Shown in pieces: positions 10,267 through 21,526 of a stretch of DNA of 64,000 bases (its first letter is position 1; every line of letters starts with the position of its first letter). Made by a program: the position numbers and the translations under genes. Origin of the DNA: Marsupella aquatica. Lineage: Eukaryota; Plantae; Marchantiophyta. The notes under the pieces were generated by a model that did no database searches, was not told where the DNA came from, and saw only the letters and a program-made list of their open reading frames with translations. The stretch is taken from NCBI GenBank assembly GCA_973895155.1, contig OZ316892.1, forward strand, positions 16,110,357 through 16,174,356. The letters run 5' to 3'.

Positions 10267-11492
10267 ATGGAGCCTGGGAAACGTAGAAAGTGTGACCACC
10301 CAATAGTGTTTACAGGGGTCAGAGCCATTTTGGTCCATGGCCAGCATGGTAATGGTAATGGTAATGGTAATGTATTATAAGCTCCGGGACCATGAAAGTC
10401 AAAGGAGCTGCCACAAAAAGTAAAGTACAATGCAATCAAAGAAAAGAGCAACCAAAAGAGATTGCTCAGAAGAGGACAACTATGTCCTCAAAGAAACTAT
10501 GGACCTAGAGAGCCCTGAAAGATTTTCCAAACCTATTCTCCTTTCCCTATCCACCGCAAAGATATATCTTCCAAGTTGCTGAGGGGGCAGACCAAACAAT
10601 GCATACAAATCTTTCACCAAGATTTGAGATGCCATCCTAACCCCCTCATAAAACTTGCAAGCAATGAATACATGATATTCATTCTCTATACTAGAGCTAT
10701 CACATGGGTTGACCAAAGTGCATTGGTCAACTTTACAAAAACGATTCTCTAAGCTCCATGGCACTATAGTTTAGGACATCACTCCAGAGACTACACATGT
10801 TGTTGCAAGGACATGGCTATTAGTGATAAAGAAGTGGTCATGGTCCTACATGAATTCTGCAATTACTCAACAAGGCCTAAAAGTAGTTGAGGCCTCTTGG
10901 ATCACAGATTCCATAGCACATCAAATTGTACAGGATACTGAGCACTACAAACTATGGGAGGATGAAGAAGCTATTGCATCAGCTTGGGCTGAACAAGAAG
11001 TTTGGGAAGCAAAGGCACGGCTTGTTGATGTCCAATATGGACCTGTACTCAACAAAGGATAGAGCTCAAGAAGGTTGAAGAGTATGTTGGTTGAGGAGAC
11101 AAAGGAACCAACCCCCATTCTGAAAGGGCTGAGCATGGTATTTGTGGAGGCAGGAATTGGAGAGGTTAAGTGCAAAGTGTACAAGTCCACAGTGCTTGGC
11201 CTAGGTGGGAGAGTGGAGGAGAATATAACAAAGGACACCACTCATTACTAAGTCATATCCCAAAGCCTGCTGCAAGTTTGGGAAGGGAGACATTCTCTTT
11301 TATGTCATGTCCCATAATGTGTTTGTGGTTTCATATGCTTGGCTTGTGGAATCAGTAGCAGCTGGGAAGCGTCAAAACCCAATGGACTATGATCTTTTTG
11401 AGGCCTGGCCACGGAAGGGTTAGGATCCCCACAGTGAGAACTATGTGACAACAAGTGAGGAAGGGGTCATTAGCGATTCTGAATCAGAGTGA
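10267..11492 (+). pseudogene. Tandem BRCT-domain gene (resembles plant DNA polymerase lambda N-terminal BRCT), disrupted
   Basis: Removing the 358-bp LINE plus one TSD restores MEPGKRRKCDHPIVFTGVRAILVHGQHGLTKVHWSTLQKRFSKLHGTIV*DITPETTHVVA...VVEASWITDSIAHQIVQDTEHYKL. Second repeat from 11117: ILKGLSMVFVEAGIGEVKCKVYKSTVLGLGGRVEENITKDTTH/..CKFGK..VVSYAWLVESVAAGKRQNPMDYDL. Both show BRCT hallmarks (GG-V, THVV, WxxDS). Stops at 10772 and 11060, frameshift ~11246. Confidence 0.75.
10350..10702 (-). mobile_element. 5'-truncated copy of the RTE-X-like LINE with 5-bp TSD
   Basis: Near-identical to ~309-662; (CATTAC)n tail; TSD catgg at 10345-10349 and 10703-10707, supported by restoration of the BRCT reading frame. 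Confidence 0.95.
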
Positions 11493-11625
11493 GGAGTAGT
11501 AGCATCAGTTTGGACACAAGTTGTTTTGTATAAATCACATCTTTGAAATAAATGTGATCTTTGAACTAATGTACCTTGATATGGTTGGTCGCAATTGGAC
11601 CTATTTTACTATTGGCGGATTTTAC

Positions 11626-11889
11626 TTGTTTCTGATCTGCATGATCTATTTAGGTTGCCACCAAAGCAACTTGGATTGTATATCATGGCAGTGGATAGGA
11701 AACGATGTGATAGCATTACACATTAGTGACTCTTAAGGTCCTTAATTTGTTATTAGTGAAGATGTAGAGATCCTCACATGAGCATTTGACTCATTTCTTT
11801 GCTTTGTATTTGGCTTTTTTGCCACAGCTCCCTTGACTCATTGGGTCGTCGTGGAGCTTAGAATTTGACTTTGACTTTGACTTTGATTG
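11626..11889 (+). mobile_element. 5'-truncated LINE of a sister subfamily with (TTTGAC)n tail
   Basis: Encodes VSDLHDLFRLPPKQLGLYIMAVDRKR...* versus the ORF2 C-terminus VKDLYALFGLPPQQLGRYIFAVDRER. Shares the 3' motif cagctcc.ttgact...ggtc..ggagctta.aat, then tttgac x3-4. Candidate TSD ttgtttc at 11626-11632 and 11890-11896. Confidence 0.85.
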
Positions 11890-11965
11890 TTGTTTCCTGC
11901 TGCCTGGGGGTGTCACTATAAACGTACTGGGTGGGCTCAAATCTTGGCGGCAGACTTTGGTGGAT

Positions 11966-12612
11966 ATGTTGCCTTTCCTAGATCAACATGCGCTATGTAG
12001 GCTCCTCCTATGGGTTGCCATATGGCTGGCCATAGTTTGGACTCTCCTACATGGGTTGGTGCTAAAACAGATTTTGGCACTGCCCGAGGATGTAAGAGAC
12101 GATGAATTTGTGGTGAATGAGGATGCACAGTCCAAAGAGGACATCTACTTTTCAGCAGATGAGTTAGACAAGCACGATGCTGTAGGTGGTTCCTTGTTGC
12201 CTGATTTGGCAGATGATATAGTTCTTACACATGTCTGGCCGAGGGTTCTTGTGGTGTCCTACGCACAAGATATCTGCAAATATAGACAAATTAGTACCCG
12301 GTGGAGGAACTTGGTAGCAACTTGCCCCCAGTGGAGGGCATTGCATCCACTGCTTGTAGGCACGGATGGAAGACCCCCATGGCATGAGTAGGGTTTAGAC
12401 CTTGATGATTTGATGTACATGCATGAGTACCTGAAGTCTGAGTGGCATCGAGAATAGTGTTGGTACCCATATTTGACCTGGTAAACAGGTGAGATATCCG
12501 ATACCGCTCTCACACCTATGCCTATGACTATGACTATACATGATTGGACTTTGATATGGTCATGGGTGTACATGCAGAGGCGGTACATTTGAGGACAGCG
12601 AAGGAGGTGGTG
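11966..12612 (+). pseudogene. F-box-motif gene with N-terminal hydrophobic helix, decayed
   Basis: LLLWVAIWLAIVWTLLHGLVL (TM-like), acidic linker, then SLLPDLADDIVLTHVWPRV..DICKYRQISTRWRNLV (F-box consensus LP.L.DDI...I..R...R.VS.RWR.L). Stop at 12389 with further stops downstream. Confidence 0.65.
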
Positions 12613-12914
12613 ACATCCTCCAACATTTAGGAATTTTTGCTTATTCACTTGACAATAGGTACACTACTCAAGAACCTGTTTTTTTTCTTTTGGGGTGATT
12701 TAGGGTTTGTGTACCTTTATTACACATTATGTACACTCTTTTGGCAGATACAGTCAGGGATGGAACCCAAATACCACCAGTAGGTATCCTTTTTCACTGC
12801 TGTCCATGACTGCAGTGCTTCCAGCCTGTTACAATTATGCACCCTGGTCACCACCCTCCCCAAACCCAGCCGAAGGCACAGGCACTGCCTTTGCATCATC
12901 CCACGAGCATTTCA

Positions 12915-13037
12915 TGCCATGATAATAAGCTTTGGCAACGTGAAAGGTTAAGAACCAGACTTTCAGGAGCCAGTAGGATGAGATGTCCTTGTGCTATCTG
13001 CCAAGGATCCCGTACCAGGGGTGTGACATGGGTAACG
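12915..13037 (+). pseudogene. N-terminal fragment of a CACTA TnpD-like transposase (transposase-associated Cys motif); duplicated at ~35277-35399
   Basis: HDNKLWQRERLRTRLSGASRMRCPCAICQG; RCPCxxC is the Transpos_assoc signature. Truncated by the LTR at 13038. Confidence 0.6.
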
Positions 13038-14984
13038 TGTCACCTGCTTATCAAACGACTAACACAACAAACACCACATGGTTCCACTAAAAATCGTTTG
13101 TATCGTATGACGGGGACGTGGAGGGACGCTATATGGATCAATTTCATACTAAGGATGAGTAGATTCGTTTCCGCTCCCGGAAATGTATTTTTTGATCAAG
13201 TTTATCGACTATACGTAATCTGCTTTTGATCAAGTCCCGTGGACTACCTTGCTTCTACTCCTCCTGGCCTTTGGCAAAGTGCTGTCACCACTCTCCCACT
13301 CACAGGGTCGACCAAGCCATGTAATTTTCTCTAAATACTCATACTAGGGGAAGAACACAATCGTGCAACCAAGAGAGGGAACAACACACAAGAAGTCATG
13401 AAAATCCAACCGAATCAATATCTATTAGTGGCCAAGGTAACACATTGCATGGGCAACCCGGTCTCCACCGTCTACCCAACTCCTGCCTCACGGGACAATG
13501 CGCCTCTCCACCTCAATACTCCGGATCAATTCCCTACTCTTGTTGAAGGCTAATCCTCACAAAAACAACACTAGACTGAGTTCCCCCCTTGCTCCTACCG
13601 GGGGCTGCTAGTTAAATACCGAAAACAACAATGCGTGAACACACAAGCCCTAGGGTGTGGCGGTGACCACTGCCCTGGCTGGCCGCCATCCGCTGGCGGC
13701 GCCGCTAACCTAAAAGTTTTCTACACATGCGGCACACACATGCACCCCTAATCCTATTGCTACCTAAGTGAGGCCAACGGTGCCTTCGTCGGCCCTCACA
13801 CCAACTAAACAAAACTAGACTAATATCCTATGTAGGCCATGGCCTACCTTCCTACTACGGGGCGGCCAACACCTCCCACTACTCTGGCCATGGGAATAGC
13901 CGAAAGTAGAAGTTACTCGAAATTTGGTCCTGAGAAATTTTGTGAGTAGCCACGGCCATCCTGATCGTAACCCCGAAAATGGCTCCCAAAACGGACATCA
14001 GACGCCCGAGATATGGCCTACCGAGTCTCAAATCCTACCACGGCCAACGTCACTTCCAAATCGTCCGTACGGTCCCGGCCCCCCATCACGACATCAAATT
14101 GAGGTACCCTGGCCATGGCCACATGCCCTGACTTGGCCGGGCCACCCTCCTGAAGTCCGTACGGACGTCCGTACGGTGCAGAACCCTCATTTTTTCACAA
14201 AAATGCTCCGGTCTATATCTCTCTCATTTGAACTCTGTTTGAGGCGTGTCTTACATCATTAGATTCAGCTCAACGAGCTCCTTCCAATAAGCCCATGAGT
14301 TCTTGATTTTGAGAAGATTGAAAATTTCGACTTTTGTGTGGCCAAGGTCCGTACGGCTCCCGTACTAACTGTCATCTAATTTCTTGCTTGTAGTAAGATC
14401 CTCATCTATGGATTGGCCACTAGAACCCACACTGTCCTCCTGGTCGGGGTCTCATTGGGCTTGCCCTCCGGTGGCCAGGGCCTCTCCCCTCAGGCCGCCT
14501 TACTGTTGGCCAACACCCTCCTTGGCCGGCTTGCAACCTTGCAGGCCACCTGCCATCCAGGTCGGCTTCTTCCTCCCTGGCCGGCTTGTTGTTTGGCCGG
14601 CACTCTATTGGTTGGCCGACACCCAAAAGTGATGCTTGGCCACTCTTGCCTTTCGACCCGGCCCCCGTTACGTTAATACTAGGGCCGCTTAAAAATAAAA
14701 AGATAGGAATCCCCCAACGCCTACATGGAAGGGCATTAGGGTACATGCCTTGTCTTGCCCCGGCCAGTGGCCAACCCCCCTTATCCTGAGGCTTGGCCGA
14801 CAACTAAAATTAAGAGTACATAAAAACCATCAACACACACCTCATCTTATTGTACGTAAACTATCTTTGGCGAGGTTGTAAGAGAACAAAAGCAAAAAAA
14901 AACTTGACACAAATCTATTTATTTACATGTGTGCGTCACTACTACCCTTTAAAATCATTCATTGGGACCATTGGCCCCGTCACA
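13038..14984 (-). repeat. 3' LTR of Gypsy copy 1
   Basis: tgtcacctgc...ccccgtcaca; matches 21564-23509, 35400-37348 and 43930-45875. Confidence 0.97.
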
Positions 14985-17900
14985 TAGCTCCCCTCTTAAT
15001 TGCAAAGCGTCCCCGCGAGCACCATACTCCTCTTCCATGTAATACTTCTTCAACCGCTCCTGGTTGATGCGGGTGTTGAGTAGCTGTCTCTCCAATGTTT
15101 TGAGTTGCACAGATCCATTTGGGTAGACCTTGTCTACAAGGTAGGGTCCCATCCACCGCGTGTGTAATTTTCCTGGGAAATGCATAAATCGATTGTCGTA
15201 GAGTAGCACCAAATCTGCCTGCTGAATGGTCGTTCGTCGAAGGCGGGCATCATAGTGTAACTTCCGTTTGGTTTGTTGTTGCTCTGTGCGCTCCAGAGCA
15301 TGCTCACGTATTTCTGTTAGCTGTTCCAACTGCTGGATCCGAGCTGCTGCACTTCTGTCCTCTTCGTCCCTCTCCCTGGTCAAGATTTGGATGGTGGGCA
15401 CCTCAAATTCCACCGGTACAAGAGAATGTTGGCCAAACACAAGGAAGTAGGGGGTATGGCCAATGGTGGTTTTGTGGGCCAAGTTGTAGGCGTATGTAGC
15501 AGCGAGCAACTTCAAATCCCAGTTAGTCTTGTGGGCCGACACCGTCTTGTTGAGGATCTTCCCCATAATCCCATTTGCTCTCTCCGTTAGCCCATTTGCT
15601 CGTGGATGGTAGGGGGTGGTCTTCCGATGGGTGACTAAGTAGTTCTCGGTCAGACGCGCAATCGTGTGATTGAGAAAGTGTGTGCCCCGGTCACTTACGA
15701 GTTCCAAGGGTGGGCCAAACCGTGTGAAAATCTGCTCATACAAAAACCGTGCAGTGGTGTTTGCGTCATCCTTGGCCGTTGCCCGGGCCTCCACCCACTT
15801 TGTGGCGTAGTCAGTGGCCAGTACAATATAGCGTTTTCTTCCCCTTTGGGTAATCGGAGTGAAGGGGCCAATGAAATCAATCCCCCACTTCTCAAATGGT
15901 GCAAGGGGAAGTATGGGCACCAATGGGTGTCGAGAGGAGGGCCCTGGTTTTCCTTGGCGTTGGCAGGGGTCACATCTCTGAATGTACCGATGGACATCCC
16001 GAAAAAGAGTTGGCCACCAATAGCCAGCATCCAGTATCTTCCTAGCTGTGGTTTCTCGTGCAAAGTGGCCACCGGCTTCCTCCTCATGTAGTGCCGCCAT
16101 TACTGTACTTATCTCAGCCTCCTCCAAACAATGACAAAGGCGTCCATCCATCCCGTATTTGTGAAGTACTCCCTTCACAAGCAAGTAGGGCCCCGTCTTG
16201 CGTAAGAACATCGTTGCACGTTCCGGACCCAACCGTAATGGAACCTTGGCCGTACAGAGAAATTCAAGAATTTCTCCATACCAAGTAGTGGCCTCTGTAG
16301 TCACCTTGAAGACCTCTTCATCGGGAAAACTATCATCAATCTCTTGAGAGTCAGATGCTCCCTCAATACGGGAGAAGAAGTCAGCATTGCTGTGACTCTT
16401 CCCGGATCTCACCCTCACCGCATAGTTGAACTCCTGCAACAATAGAACCCAACGTGCAATCCTACCAGACAAATCCGGTTTATTGACCATGTACTTCAAA
16501 CTATTGTGATCCGTGTGGAACACGACCTTGTAACCCAACAAATAGTGACGATATTTCTTGCAAGCGTAAATGATACCAAGAGCCTCCCTATCGGTGGGTG
16601 AGTAGTTCTTCTCTACCGGGGCCAACTGCCTACTGGCAAAGTAGATGGGATGATCTCTCCCATCATCATCTAGCTGACTCAAGACAACACCGATGCAGAA
16701 TCCTGATACGTAGGTAAACATGGAACTCCTTATTCCAATTAGGCGTGATGAGTACGGGAGCCCCTAGCAAACATTTCTTCAATTCATCAAAAGCAGCTTG
16801 TCGGGAGGGAGTAGGTTCAAACTCACTTCCCTTCTTCAACATGGACGTGAGTGGCATGGCCACCTTGGCAAAGTCTTTGATAAATCATCGATAGTAGCCG
16901 ACACAACCCAAGAACCCTCTCACCTCCTTGACATTGGTTGGAAAGGAGACGGCCACCCACACGGCCACCTTCTCACGATCAACTTCAATTCCCCTAGTGG
17001 ACACCTTGTGGCCTAATAGAATCCCCTCCTCAATTCCAAAGAAACATTTCTCAGGATGGAGCTTCAAGCATGTCTCCCGGCACCGCTGAAAAGTCAACCG
17101 TAAATGTTCAGGATGATTGACTCGCTTGCCATAGACAACAAAGTCATCAATAAAAATCTCCAAGAACCGATGCAAAAAGTCATGGAAGATGTTCATCATG
17201 AGTTGTTGGAACATCCTCGGGGCATTGCACAACCCAAAAGGCATCCTCCTAAACGCAAAAATTCCCCACTCCGTCGTGAACGCCGTCTTGAGTTGGTCCT
17301 CCTGCCGAATCCAGATCTGGTTGTAGCCAGAGTAACCATCCAAGAAACTATAAATTTCCCACCCTGCTACCATGTCTAACACAATGTCCGTGAACGGAAG
17401 GGGGTAATAGTCCTTCTTGGTGGCCTCATTTAATTTTCGAAAATTTTGACACACCCGTATTTTCACCTTGCCGTCTGGCCCCTTCTTCTTGGGCACAATG
17501 ACAATGGGTGATACCCACTCACTGTGCATAATTGGGTAAATGAAGCCCGCATCCAACAATCGATCGATCTCGTCTTTGACCATCAATGAATACTTGGGAT
17601 TGAGCCGGTATTGGCGTTGTCGTACCGGCCGTGCTCCCAACATTAGGTCAATGCTATGCTCACCAAACTCAGGAGGTACCCCCTTCAAGTCCTGGTGGCT
17701 CCACGCAAATACGTCTTGGTATTCTTTCAACAACTCCTGAATGGTGTGTTGATCTGTAGCATCCAGCTTGCGGCCAATGTTGAGGGTCTTCCCTTCACCG
17801 ACTACCACCTTTGTATATTGCTCTGGTCTAATCACATCCAACTTATTGCGAGTTTCTTCATCAAATGTTTCCTCCAAACGTGCAAGCCTCATCCCCCCGT

Positions 17901-19485
17901 ACACAGGCGTGTTGCTCTCTTGCTGGTCTGGCCTAGACAGGCCATTGGTGACATGGCTCATCATCTCCTCTATGTCCGCCTCATTTGCAAATGCACGTAG
18001 CTCCTCTCTTAGGTCATCATCTAGGATGTCATTGACAAATTGCTCTCTCTACTCATCATCAAACATGATATTGTGGGTCTGCCGTCTCACCTCCTCTGAG
18101 TGATCCTCCTCCGCTGAGTGCTCCTCCTCTTGAGTATCAGGGGTATGTAGTGGTTCAGCTCCCACAGTTTCCACTCGCTCGTCTTTGGTTTCTTCTGGCA
18201 TGATGCAACCTTGGCCAAGTGGCACCTCCACTCCATTCTCCGCTGGGGTAGTAGCTTGGGGACCAAAAACATCCTCCTCTGTAAGGTGAGAAATCAATTT
18301 CACCATGTATACTTCATCTTCATCTTCCTCTGAGGTGACCTCCGAATCGTATTGTTCCTCCATTGATGTAGTTTCCCCTTGAGGTGACTCAGCTGACCAT
18401 GGAATGATGATAGTGGGGGTACCAAACCGAAACTGCCGTTTTCCCCAATCGCTAGTTACCTTGGCCACGTACAACCATGGGCGGCCAATCAATATGGGAC
18501 AACCGTATGGCCTGACCGGCCGCATTACCAAGTAATTGAGGGGGAAGGATTTGCCTCCAATCATTGTGGGTATCATGGTGAGGCAACCCAACGGTACCAC
18601 TCGTGCACCATCGGCCAACCTCATAGCTCGTGCAGGTGGCTCCAACTCTGTGTATCCTAATCGGTTTGCCGTCTCTTCAGTCATGATGTTGACACTTGAG
18701 CCCCCGTCCACTGGTACAAACCGTATTGCACATCCGTTGATGTCTATCGTGAGTTCTGGGGCACCCAAATCTTTTGTGACCCAATTGACTTGAATGGGGT
18801 CAGCCCCTACCCTGGGTAACCTCCTTCTACGCCGTCTTCCCATAAGCATCTCTTTGACTTGGCGGCGGTAGAGGGAGCTATCACGTAGTAGTTGGCCAAT
18901 GGTGGCAGTGACTGGACAGTGAAGTATGTCTTGAGTGATGTTGTATGCTGTTGCAGGAGGTATGGGTGGGATGACCTCCTCTCCTGGTTTCCAGCGAACT
19001 ACCTTCTCCTCCGCTTTCTTTCTGGCTCTTGCCTCCTCCATGTCTTTGTCATTGGCCGCTTGCATGGCTTGTGCTTCTAGCTCCTCTAGCTGCTTCCGTA
19101 CTTCCTCTCCTACTTTGGGGTAGAACAACTTGGGGTTGTCCCGGTCAAAGTCGCTATCTTCCATGGGTGGCACCTCTGGTTCGTGTGATGTGCCTGAGGT
19201 GGAAGCTTGATGCACCTCCTTGTATTTTTGCTTCTCAATAGACTTGTCCTTCTTCTTTCCAGATCGAGTGGAGACCCGATAACAAGAGTAATGCCTCCTC
19301 TCATCGTCGCTGTCCACCTCCGGTAGAGTCTCCATGTGAGTCCACTCGTGACTTGGTGGTGTGTGCGCAACGACTTTTGAAGCTACAACAACAACCCTAG
19401 GTGCCTCCACAACTGGAGATACTACAACGACTGAAGATACCAACTCCTTGCTGATGGTGGCCAACTTCTGGTTGGGGGTGTCCAC
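14955..19485 (-). pseudogene. Gypsy pol (protease, RT, RNase H, integrase), copy 1
   Basis: PR VDGGSSVN and LIGRPWL; RT WVSP, LDGYSGYNQI, MPFGL, FIDD; RH DREAL, TDH; IN H..GGHF..CDPC, GIDF, SDRG, ERAN, WMGPY. In-frame stops at 18049 and 16885; a 2-bp deletion at ~16711 is specific to this copy. Confidence 0.95.
14985..14998 (-). promoter_or_regulatory. Polypurine tract of Gypsy copy 1 (copy 2 at ~37349-37362)
   Basis: Minus strand taagaggggagcta lies directly before the 3' LTR start TGTGAC. Confidence 0.85.
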
Positions 19486-21306
19486 TACGGCCTCTTCTTG
19501 TTTGATAACCAGTCTTTTTCAGGCAGGGTCAAAGGGGTGTCGACTGCTTCCGTTGTGAGAAAGTTGACGTTAGCTTCCTTGAGAGGTGGTGGGGATCCCT
19601 TCTTCTCTGGTACCCCGGCTTGTTGATCTTTGAACGCTTCCAATGTTGGGCAGTGTGGTGCAAGATGACCCTCTCCCTTGCACAACTGACACAACCGGGA
19701 AAAATCTCAATTTCCTTGACGTGTGGGCTCCGGGCACACATTAGCGTAGTGGCCAGCCACTCTACAATTGTAACAAATAGGAATCTTTCTCACTCCAGGA
19801 TACGGTGCTCGATTTCCCTGAGTAGCACTGGGATAGTTGGAGTATGATGGTGCTCCAGCGTTAGTTGAGACGCCATGAATGCTCCTAGGTCCCGGGTTGA
19901 GAGGTTGTACACTATACACATTGGCCTCTGGTGGCTCCTCCATGAAGTACTCTACTGGCCCTTCCGTTGCATAGGGAGGGGTTGAGTAGCTTGCCCCCTC
20001 ACCGTCCTCCTCCCGTACTTGGAAAACCTTGGACGGTTCTCCCGTTGGGCACTCTTTTGGGGCATGGCCAAACTTCATGCACTTGGTACACCACACATTG
20101 GCTCTCTCCACCGGAACTTTTCTCCTCTCTGGCTTGAGTCCTGCAAAATGCACTTTTAACGCTTTCATTTGCTCTGTCAACTCGTCGTACCTGGCCTCTT
20201 GCTCCTTCAGACGTCTTGCCGTTGACAATGGCGTAACGGCCACCATGGGTAGTACCACTTCACAATGAGAGGACTTCTTGATCTTCTTGGACAACTTTTT
20301 CTTCTTCTTCCTCCGTTTTTCAGCTTCTGACTCCGTAGTGCTCTCAGAGTCCTCAGATTCATCACTACTATCCGACTCAGATCCACTTGATTCATCACTA
20401 GAGGAACTGTCAACCGGCTTCAGCTTCTTACGTCGACAACATTTGCTTGTGGCATTGGCCGCAGTGTATGACTCTGCTGCTGCGATAGCTTCAGCCAATG
20501 TGGTCGGCTTGGCTTGACGTACAAAGAACCCCATCTTGCTTGGTAGGGCAGCTACAAACCACGCTTGACGCATAGCATCATCGGTACGAGCTTGTATCCG
20601 TCGTACCAACTTTTAGAACCTTTGCAAAAACCTCCGTAATGACTCCTTCTTCTTCATTCTGAGTTGGCCCACCTTCAAAAGTGAGGTGGCCTCCACTCCA
20701 ATGGATCTGAACTCCTTCAAGAAGGCTTGCTTGAATAAAGCCCAATCGGCTTTGACATTGGCCAACAAGGAAATGAACCATGGGCCTGCCTCTCCCCTCA
20801 TCATTCCAGGAATGATAGTGAGCTTGTGTGCAGACTCCCCATTAGCTTCGGCTATTCCCTCAAACTCCTCAATCCATTCATCTGGATCATCCTTCGGCCT
20901 ACCCTTGAAGGGTACGTACTGAACACGGGTACGTTGAGCAGTGGCCATGTGGGCTATTTGGGGTAGTGCGGACCTCCGTGCCACTGGTAGCAGTACAATG
21001 GGTTCCGGACTTGGACTCCGTGAAAGCTCCCGTTGCACCACCCCAAAGAGCTCCCTCTGCTAGCGCTTGGTCTGCTTCCGGTTCGTCGTCTACACGTATG
21101 GCTTCATTATGTTGAGTCGCTTCTCGGTGTACTCCACGATGTCCTCCCAACTCTAGTGGCAACCTCCACTCCTCAGCAAGTTGTAATCGTTCTTTGGCCG
21201 CCACTCTTCATCTAGTACCAATCCAAGATGGCCCTTGGCCTAGCTCTGGTATTGGCATACGAATGCGTTGGGGAGTTGCTCTACCTCCCTTTCTCCCTCT
21301 CGGCAT
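19485..21306 (-). pseudogene. Gypsy gag with three CCHC zinc knuckles, copy 1
   Basis: PFKG..DDPDEWIEEFE..W..W..FKQAFLKEF capsid motif; CTKCMKFGHAPKEC, CYNCRVAGHYANVC, CQLCKGEGHLAPHC. Stops at ~21209, 20610 and 19707; frameshifts near 21030 and 19515. Confidence 0.9.
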
Positions 21307-21526
21307 CCCATTGAGTCCTGCATGCCAAGCTCACAAAATACATATCACCAACAAATCTTCTCACACATCAACCGTCGCAAGTTGCGTTGTGGTTGATGCA
21401 CAATAACAAAGGAACCAAAGAACTTCTCACGTATCAATCGTCGCAAGTAAGTTGCGTTGTGGTTGATACGTCTAAAATCCAAATAGACGTAGCTTCCCTC
21501 CTTCTGCAATCAAACAAGAAGAAGGT

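Noticed and set aside
11911-11923. tgtCACTATAAAC as a CACTA 5' end
   Set aside because: Poor TIR match, no subterminal repeats, wrong orientation relative to the 10261 end; equally explained as a TATA box for the F-box gene.
12699-12708. TTTAGGG telomere-like motif (also ~59359 and ~61779)
   Set aside because: Single units only; not a telomeric array.
13924-14803. Short ORFs repeated in all four LTRs
   Set aside because: Mostly non-ATG starts, GC-rich, and frames change with indels between the LTR copies.
19485-19530. Programmed gag-pol -1 frameshift
   Set aside because: No correctly phased X XXY YYZ heptamer; a 1-bp loss in the A-run (EKRLVIKQ) explains it in an element with many other lesions.
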